Shown here: in pieces, positions 10,704-18,090 of the stretch
Layout: every line of letters starts with the position of its first letter
How positions within the stretch are numbered: the stretch's first letter is position 1
Assembly: GCA_024626585.2 (NCBI GenBank)
Contig: JANKJI020000004.1
Coordinates: 2,943,962-2,962,051, forward strand
From: Ginkgo biloba
Taxonomy: Eukaryota; Plantae; Ginkgophyta
Direction: 5' to 3'
Length of the DNA: 18,090 nucleotides
Translations under genes and position numbers: made by a program
The notes under the pieces: generated by a model
The model's input: only the letters and a program-made list of their open reading frames with translations
The model's database searches: none
Told to the model about the DNA's origin: nothing

Positions 10704-11721
10704 NNNNNNNNNNNNNNNNNNNNNNNNNNNNNNNNNNNNNNNNNNNNNNNNNNNNNNNNNNNNNNNNNNNNNNNNNNNNNNNNNNNNNNNNNNNNNNNNN
10801 NNNATTACTAATTTCCATAAACTAAGATGCTAAATTCCCGAATTTTAATGATGCCCTAACCTAATATATGCTTCTTTACCTCAATTTCAAACAAAAATAC
10901 AAGCAAATGTAGAATATATGACAATATCACTAATGTTTGATCATTTTCTTTGTCTTCCCTATGTTTGTTGTTATAGAAATCAGATTTATACGATGTCCTA
11001 AAATTAAAAAAATAAATAAATTCAAACTAAGAGTTTATGGACTTATTGATGAACATAGTTGATGCTGAAGAGTCTGAAGATGCCTATCCATCACCTACTA
11101 GCTGCCTAACGGATCTACTTCCCATTCTTAAACCACCATTCGTCTCATTAATGATGAAAGTTGAATTTTATTTTATGAAACTGTGTAAAATCCGTTGTAA
11201 GCATTGGTGGATGATCCTTGTTAACCTCTCAAATTACAGTAGAGATGTATAAATATGAGCTAGATCAATTTAGAGGTTGAATCGGTTGAAATCCAAAGGA
11301 AAATGGCAAAGATCAATTTTGATTTTATACTAAGTGATTTTATTTTTCTAATTTTTTTCCAGCTTATTTTTAGTGAGCTACTTGGATTTGTGGCTTTTTT
11401 TATTTGGGTTTGTAGTTTTCATGCAAAGGATTTAGTGATCCCTAGGTTCAAATTTTTAGCCCTTTTTAGGCTTTTTGATGTATTTTGTTTTGTGTTTTTT
11501 GTACTTTTGATACTTTATTTTTAATTTGGAAGCTAGCTAATGGGGATGGTTGATAGTTGGTGACGATGAAATTGGATGACAATAGACAAGGAAATGGAAC
11601 CTGTGGATAGTCAGGGGATGACTAATGGATGATTTGCAACTCATCATGTGTTAAAAGAATATTGGTCATTACAAATTTGGTCAAAATAATTTTTGTTGAT
11701 CAATCCCCTCCTAGGGTGTGC

Positions 11722-12466
11722 TGACAAGGTTTAATCACTCCTAGTCAGGAGATTTGGTTCATTAATTACAAATGAATAATGAACATTTGGGACATTAGCT
11801 TTGTGAAGATTGGCTATGGCCCCAACATCTGTGGTTGCTCCTGGTCAGTGGATCTGGTTACTAGCTCAAACATGCTCAATGCCAATTTGACTTCACCTTA
11901 GCTCAATGACACTTGGCCATATGCCACATCAACAAGTTATTAGATAAGAAGGGAGAATCAAATAGTTAAATAATTCTTTCTTAGGGGTTCCATGCAATTT
12001 GATAGTTGGATCAATACTTGCAAAAACTAGCAATATTAAAGGTAGGCAAGCTTTGATGAAATGGGTTCAATTTAGGCTTTGGGATTCAGCATAGGCATTA
12101 AGAGTTTGATTGTTAGCTAGAAAGGGAGATGCAAACAAAGTCCAACAAAAGGGTTATGTGCCTTGCTTCCTCTATAGTCTTTATAAGTGGCATTAACCAT
12201 AGAAAGTCACACTAACGATTATAGCCATTTAACTTTTTCAAATTATGCAATAGCCATTAGCAAAGTAAGATGTTTGGTTAGCTAATAAGCATTTTAATAT
12301 GGTTTGTTAGCAAAGTACTTGAACAAGCTATTGTAAACAAACTTTTTGCTAAAAAAGCTTAAAACAAATAAGAAGCACTTTGATTTTAGATTATGTATAT
12401 GTGCACTCTGAAATTTTGTTGTTTGTTATATGAAGCTTTTGCAAAGAATGTATAGGTCTTTGATTA
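11722..12466 (+). repeat. Putative Gypsy 3' LTR (~745 bp)
   Basis: The 3' end is fixed by homology to 7177-7244 (GATTA, from GATCA). The 5' start TGACA is inferred from the preceding PPT-like CCTCCTAGGGTGTGC and is less certain. Confidence 0.55.
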
Positions 12467-14085
12467 ATCTTGTGCACTCAATGTTGGATTGGAACACGAC
12501 TAAAAATGTTAGGACCTAAAACAATCCAACAAAGTAGATTCACATGAAAGGAAGGTTTAAGTGGTCGTGTATACATGGCTAGTTGTAGTAGTCNNNNNNN
12601 NNNNNNNNNNNNCACGTACTATAATTTATGTGAGCTTCATATGAAGGTGTTAGTGAATAGGTAGCCAAGGAGCAGGAGAAACTTGAGCAATTGAAATTCG
12701 ATAGAGTTGAGGGCAACCCAAAGTCTAAAGCAAGCAAGAATCATCCTTGAGAAGTTTAAAACAAAACCACAACAACACAACCATCTATTAAGCTCCAAGA
12801 ATGGATATCAACTCAGGTATCGTGGGTCATTTTGCCAAATTTCTTGAGGCGGAGGAAGGACAGTCAAAGTTTTGAAAATATTCTTAGATACTAGGTACAA
12901 GTGGTTTTCTACCAAAGTGAATAAAGTGCAAACAATTGAGGTTTTTGTCTAGAAATATGTATGCGTCGTAGTTTGTACCCCTCCAAAGGGCAAAATTAGT
13001 CAGTAAATAAGCAATATGGTGATGTACAAATTGTTGGTTGCAAGGATTGATCACAACAATAATATATATCCATATGGTTAATATGTCTATTTTATCATTA
13101 GCTTGTGCTTATTTCTTTCCATGAACCTTATTTTTGATGTCTTCATTTTCAAGTCTCGATCTTGTGTGTGCAAATGGAGATATTATATGCTTGGTAACCA
13201 TTACTTGATATAGTTGTGATTTGTTGTAATATTTTCCCAATCACTAGGTCCCATTATCAACCAAGATAAAAATTTTAATACTCTCACATATTAGACACAA
13301 GTAGAGCCTGGATACATAAAATTCTAAGTCCCCAATTTGTAAATCGGTCATGTGAAAATTCGATGACCATGTTGTGGCATAATTTCTTATTTTTACATAA
13401 TCCACCCCAATGTGATTATAATAAAACCTCAAGACTAGAGCTAAAATGAAGGGAAATCATCATCCATAGTCATTTTTGTTAGAATAAACTAATATTCATT
13501 AAATATTGAATATTCAAAACATCACTTAGAAGATGAATTAAGGAGTCACATAATATAAATTGAAAGGTCACTATGAGTTTTAAATATAAATATGAATATT
13601 GAGATGTTAAGAATGNNNNNNNNNNNNNNNNNNNNNNNNNNNNNNNNNNNNNNNNNNNNNNNNNNNNNNNNNNNNNNNNNNNNNNNNNNNNNNNNNNNNN
13701 NNNNNNNNNNNNNNNNNNNNNNNNNNNNNNNNNNNNNNNNNNNNNNNNNNNNNNNNNNNNNNNNNNNNNNNNNNNNNNNNNNNNNNNNNNNNNNNNNNNN
13801 NNNNNNNNNNNNNNNNNNNNNNNNNNNNNNNNNNNNNNNNNNNNNNNNNNNNNNNNNNNNNNNNNNNNNNNNNNNNNNNNNNNNNNNNNNNNNNNNNNNN
13901 NNNNNNNNNNNNNNNNNNNNNNNNNNNNNNNNNNNNNNNNNNNNNNNNNNNNNNNNNNNNNNNNNNNNNNNNNNNNNNNNNNNNNNNNNNNNNNNNNNNN
14001 NNNNNNNNNNNNNNNNNNNNNNNNNNNNNNNNNNNNNNNNNNNNNNNNNNNNNNNNNNNNNNNNNNNNNNNNNNNNNNNNNNNNN

Positions 14086-14694
14086 TTTGATTTGCGAAGT
14101 CTTGTCTATTAGTAGTTGTTTTATGTAATTGCTCAAGACTTGGACAAATATAGGACTTGCATGAGCTTAGGACTTGCACGCATGCAAGACTTGTCCTAGG
14201 TAGTTGGGCATTTGTCAATGGGTGTAACTAATTGTATTTGTTAGAAGGTTGTAACGTTTTAATATATAAGGGCCCCTTCTTCATTCCAAAGGCACCATGG
14301 TGGGCTAGCCTAGAGGCTCAGTGGTGGCTATTGGGCAATGACATGTAGAAGTTGCCTACTTTTGGTTACAGGGCATGAGGAGCAAATGCCTATTGAATTC
14401 TATGCCTTAGACTATGAAATACATGATCTCCGAGAACCTCACCACTCCTTGCCTCTTCAAGGGGGCATGGGGGTTGTTGGTTATGAACCCCGTAGTAGGA
14501 TGTTTGACACCCCTTGTAACAATGATAGAAGTAATATTGCAACTGCAGCTACCGCCTCGTCCTTCGAGGTAGGTGCTTATGCATGGACAAAGACGGCAAG
14601 CCTTTTGATAGCGCTCGAAGGCAGTCGACCTTCAATGGCCATCAATGTATTTGTGCTTATTTTTGCCATTTGTGATCATTATTGAACTTCATCA
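14086..14694 (+). mobile_element. Possible solo or partial LTR
   Basis: Cluster of short A(G/A)GACTTG repeats (~14133-14195), TATATAAG at ~14263, GC content above the flanks, ends ...CTTCATCA. The 5' end is in an N gap and no partner copy was seen. Confidence 0.3.
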
Positions 14695-16199
14695 TGATTG
14701 ATTGTTCCTCTCTATTCCTTGTCTGCATGTTATTTTAGGCTTGCAAACTCGGATTACTCAATTGTTGGACTAATATGTGGCATCATTTCTAGTCTAGAAT
14801 AAACATGGATGTATGCAATCCCTTACGGTGGCAACATTTGGGATTGGGCTTGAAATGCAAGGACTTCTTTGTTATGGGATTGTCCCTTCTACTATATTTC
14901 CCTGATCATTGCTAACTANNNNNNNNNNNNNNNNNNNNNNNNNNNNNNNNNNNNNNNNNNNNNNNNNNNNNNNNNNNNNCTACCTTTTCCATGAAGAAGA
15001 CACACATGCTCATTTCTCTTGGAGGAGTGACTTTATATTGAAGATGTAGAACACTTCTTTGTCACCGTTACATCCTTGATCCTAGAATTTCTTTCCTAGT
15101 GCAACTAACCTTGTATAGGGATTGTATAACTTGCCTACTTTCTTCTAATGGGAAGCAAGTACTTTCGCATTTTCCTTATATTGGTGCCCAAAACTTTGAA
15201 GTAGATGCATCACAACATGACAAGTATGTCCATCCTTCTGTGGAAGATGTTGAAGAAAGTTTAGCACAATTGAATTTGGAAATGTGTGTACCAAATGTGA
15301 AGATAGTTTGATTAACAAAGATTTTGTACGAGAAACTTGCAGAGGAGGTAAGATAAAAGNNNNNNNNNNNNNNNNNNNNNNNNNNNNNNNNNNNNNNNNN
15401 NNNNNNNNNNNNNNNNNNNNNNNNNNNNNNNNNNNNNNNNNNNNNNNNNNNNNNNNNNNTATTATAACTAAATGAATGACTAGAGTTTTTCCTCATGGTA
15501 CATCATTTTTGGTTTTTTATTTTTATTTTTATTTTTCCTTCATGCCCAACCTAATTGTTTTCTCTCTATGTAACTTAATTATTATGGCTAGAAATTTTTG
15601 CTTGTCTTTTTCTAATTTTATTATCTAAATTAAAGGTTGATTATCATATTCATAATTATTAGACATGTTGATTGTCTCAATATAATCTTGGTTTCCTTTT
15701 ATAATATATATTAAGGTCATAAGACGACTATCACTAATAATTTTACCTTTTCTTGTTACTCTTGCACATTCGACTTGTGTATTTATTGTTTATTCTATGA
15801 CCCACTTATTGCTCAACTTTATATCTATCAAATTTCAAGGTGTATTTATCTTCATGGTCTTTGGGCTCTGATAACAATTTGATGCCATATTTTTCATAAG
15901 ATCCCTTCTCTATTAGTGGGTCATTTATTTCTTCAATTTTGCACTATCTATCTTCCCTCTTGACTATCTCCTATTCAAGTGGTATTACTTCAAATTTATT
16001 GAGGAAATCTATAAATGAATATGTATCATTTTTTAGGTTTGAATGCTAGATATATTTTACAAGTGGCCCTTATACTTTCTTGATATTCTTTTAAACTACT
16101 TAATATCGAATATTGAAAATTATCAGTTTCTTTGATTGATTTACTTCCTAAGCTCTCCACCACATCTCATAATTTTCTATAGGCATCTTGGCAAAGATT

Positions 16200-17450
16200 G
16201 CATTTGGAACTAGATCAATCACGTTGTTGACTGAGAATCTATCAAAGTTATTCAAATGAACATGATCTTTAAGATTTTGCCATTTAAAGCATTCACAACT
16301 CTAGTAGTCAAACACGTCTTTCCATAATGGAGATCCCTTTCTTTGACAACTTCTTGTCTACAAACTAGGGATCAGATCCAATACATTGTCCTGCTAAGGT
16401 GAGCAAAGGGGACCACCAAATGGAGGCCTGACTTGCAGAGGAGCCCAAATGGAGATCGCCACCAATCCATTGAAGAAAATGTTTGCATGCCTCCTAAGCA
16501 CGCCAAATTCTTTTCTTTATAATAGATCCCTGAATTGAGATGAGGCATGGAACCATCATATCATTGCAAAAGANNNNNNNNNNNNNNNNNNNNNNNNNNN
16601 NNNNNNTCTCATTAGCATCTTCCAAAACTCCTTTGTGTTGGCTGAGCAATTTTTTTCCTATGCATCCCAATCAGACCTAGGCCCCCATTCTCCTCATTTC
16701 TTAGGATCAAAGAAAAGATGAGGAGTTTACTTAGCTTTGCATAAGAAGTTTTTGGATGGACACCAACATGGAGAATAATAGACATGGGTGGCAACAAGAT
16801 CTTTGGAACACATTTGAAACCTAGTTNNNNNNNNNNNNNNNNNNNNNNNNNNNNNNNNNNNNNNNNNNNNNNNNNNNNNNNNNNNNNNNNNNNNNNNNNN
16901 NNNNNNNNNNNNNNNNNNNNNNNNNNGCAACAAGATCTGTGGAACACATTTGAAACCTAGTTGCTAGACTCATGCTTTTGTGTTTGCCAGTTGGTAAGCC
17001 TTTTTTCCAACTTGTTTCAAACAAAATCCCATATGTTTGCAAGAGAGGCCTGAAAGCCAAAGGGGCTAATTAAGAACCTGAAAATCACCCCTGTTTGCAC
17101 CCACGACCAAGCATATTCAAAAAGCCACTCATCACGTTGTTTTGCGGTCAAAGCATAAACATTGGTCTCTTTCCANNNNNNNNNNTGGATTTTTCTCCTA
17201 ACGCAAGATAAAATGTATCAATCACACCCATGGTTTGTCTTACCATTGTCTTTTGCTATTTAATGGTGAGAAACGAGTCATATGCAAAATGGCCATTAAC
17301 TAGTTGGCTATTGGAATTAAGAAGTGAGATCTACCTAATTAGTTCTTGTGCGACTTTGTGCTCCTAAGAGGTAGCTTACAGCACTGACAACTAGCACATA
17401 TATGGCAGGAGCAAGGGGTCACCCTTGCCTAATAGATCTAAACAAACAAC
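16200..17450 (-). mobile_element. 5'-truncated, decayed L1-clade LINE, ORF2 (RT C-terminal half and downstream region)
   Basis: Minus-strand motifs in the expected order: RSIRQG*PLAPAIYVL (RQG*PLAP at 17430-17407, cf. RQGCPLSP), QLVNGHFAYDSFLT (FAYD at 17288-17277, cf. catalytic FADD), WSWVQTGVIFRFLISPFG (cf. YLGIP), SLATRFQMCSK..VATHVYYS.CW.PS, EENGGLGL, GSIIKKRIWRA*, SIWWSP, KKGISI, FKWQNLK. Confidence 0.88.
16791..16962. other. Probable false gap / assembly overlap artefact
   Basis: The 36-nt blocks 16791-16826 and 16927-16962 are identical except one base (T/G) and directly flank exactly 100 N. Confidence 0.8.
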
Positions 17451-18090
17451 TACTACATTTGAATTTTGAAATGTGGTAGATATGCACAAGTTTCACTAAA
17501 ATTTGGTACAAATGTACTTCACTAAATTCAAGATATGTAAATCGAAAATTGAAGTTTACAATGTACATATTTCATATAGACTTACGTAGATTTAATGGCA
17601 GATAGTTATGGGAGTCCTAGATCCAATAGTCAAACATAGTTNNNNNNNNNNACCAATTCAATGCCTTTTATTAAGATTATAGACTTCTTGCCATTGTAAA
17701 ATTGAAGTTGATAATTAAGCTTTCTTTAGATCCGACCTTGATCAATCTTTAGCTAGAACCTAGTTGGTACCTTGTCAGAATGCCTATGTGACCTTTCTAG
17801 GGGTGCTAGTGCTAAAAAATGCAACAAAGATCTCCCAAAACACCTCTTTTGAGATTGCCTTGCCATGGAGGAGATCTGAGCACTTTAAATTGCACTTTGC
17901 GTCTTGGAACACCCTAGCTCCACAACATGCAGAAAAAGCAGCAAAGTAATCCAACGATTTCTTGGTTTAGCAAAAAGAGGCCAGAATGCAGAAATCCGAT
18001 AGAGAGAGATGAGGCACCTTGCTTAGAGAAAGAAAATGATGGCACATGAGTTGCCAAAGCCCACATGTGACCACATATAAAAAGAATTAA

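Larger units (their letters stand above)
7177..12466 (+). mobile_element. Degenerate Ty3/Gypsy LTR retrotransposon, internally interrupted
   Basis: Order of parts: 5' LTR end (7177-7244, ends GATCA), PBS-like 7251-7263, gag, protease, start of RT, then unrelated DNA, a PPT-like site near 11711-11721 and a 3' LTR whose end (12399-12466) matches 7177-7244 at 56/68 ungapped. Confidence 0.75.
3134..18090 (+). other. Putative long TE-filled intron downstream of the QCR6 exon
   Basis: GT donor at 3134. I found no exon encoding the expected continuation (ACVKRI..D..GHKHCTGQYFDYW) in the called bases. It could be hidden in an N gap. Confidence 0.55.

Noticed and set aside
11303-11524. Phe-rich hydrophobic 73-aa ORF
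   Set aside because: Explained by low-complexity T-rich DNA.
4493-14218. Long X-rich ORFs in the track (e.g. 4493-5164, 6080-6730, 13546-14218)
   Set aside because: Artefacts of N runs that contain no stop codons.
14732-14795. TTTTAG|GCTTGC... as a candidate next QCR6 exon (starts with Ala-Cys)
   Set aside because: Continues KLGLLNCWTNMWHHF*, with no match to KRI..D..GHKHCTGQYFDYW.
15100-15310. Faint hAT transposase C-terminus resemblance (LV...YNL.LLS, EDVEESLAQLNL)
   Set aside because: Needs a frameshift, and I saw no upstream ERxxS dimerisation motif.
17700-18090. Possible further LINE fragment
   Set aside because: No diagnostic motif recognised in any frame.
1-18090. CRISPR arrays, tRNA/rRNA genes, prokaryotic operons or defence systems
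   Set aside because: No regularly spaced repeats, structural RNA signatures or dense coding. The window is spliceosomal and TE-rich plant DNA.

Overview
Eukaryotic, AT-rich, gappy plant scaffold, probably a large-genome plant such as a gymnosperm (inferred from TE protein motifs and intron size, not proven). The only host coding sequence I recognise is one 85-nt internal exon (3049-3133, +) of mitochondrial cytochrome bc1 hinge subunit QCR6, whose ATG appears to be split AT|G across the upstream intron. The rest looks like intron filled with decayed transposons: a + strand Ty3/Gypsy relic (LTR end and PBS at ~7177-7263, gag-protease-RT at ~7680-9429, putative 3' LTR at ~11722-12466) interrupted by nested DNA, a 5'-truncated L1 LINE ORF2 on the - strand (~16200-17450), several Helitron-like termini (1490-1530, 2527-2555, 4141), a diverged dispersed repeat pair and a diverged local duplication. 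I found no evidence for a new multi-gene system. The most interesting points are the split start codon, the very long TE-filled intron, the clustered and oppositely oriented Helitron ends, and a false assembly gap. All alignments and translations were done by eye.
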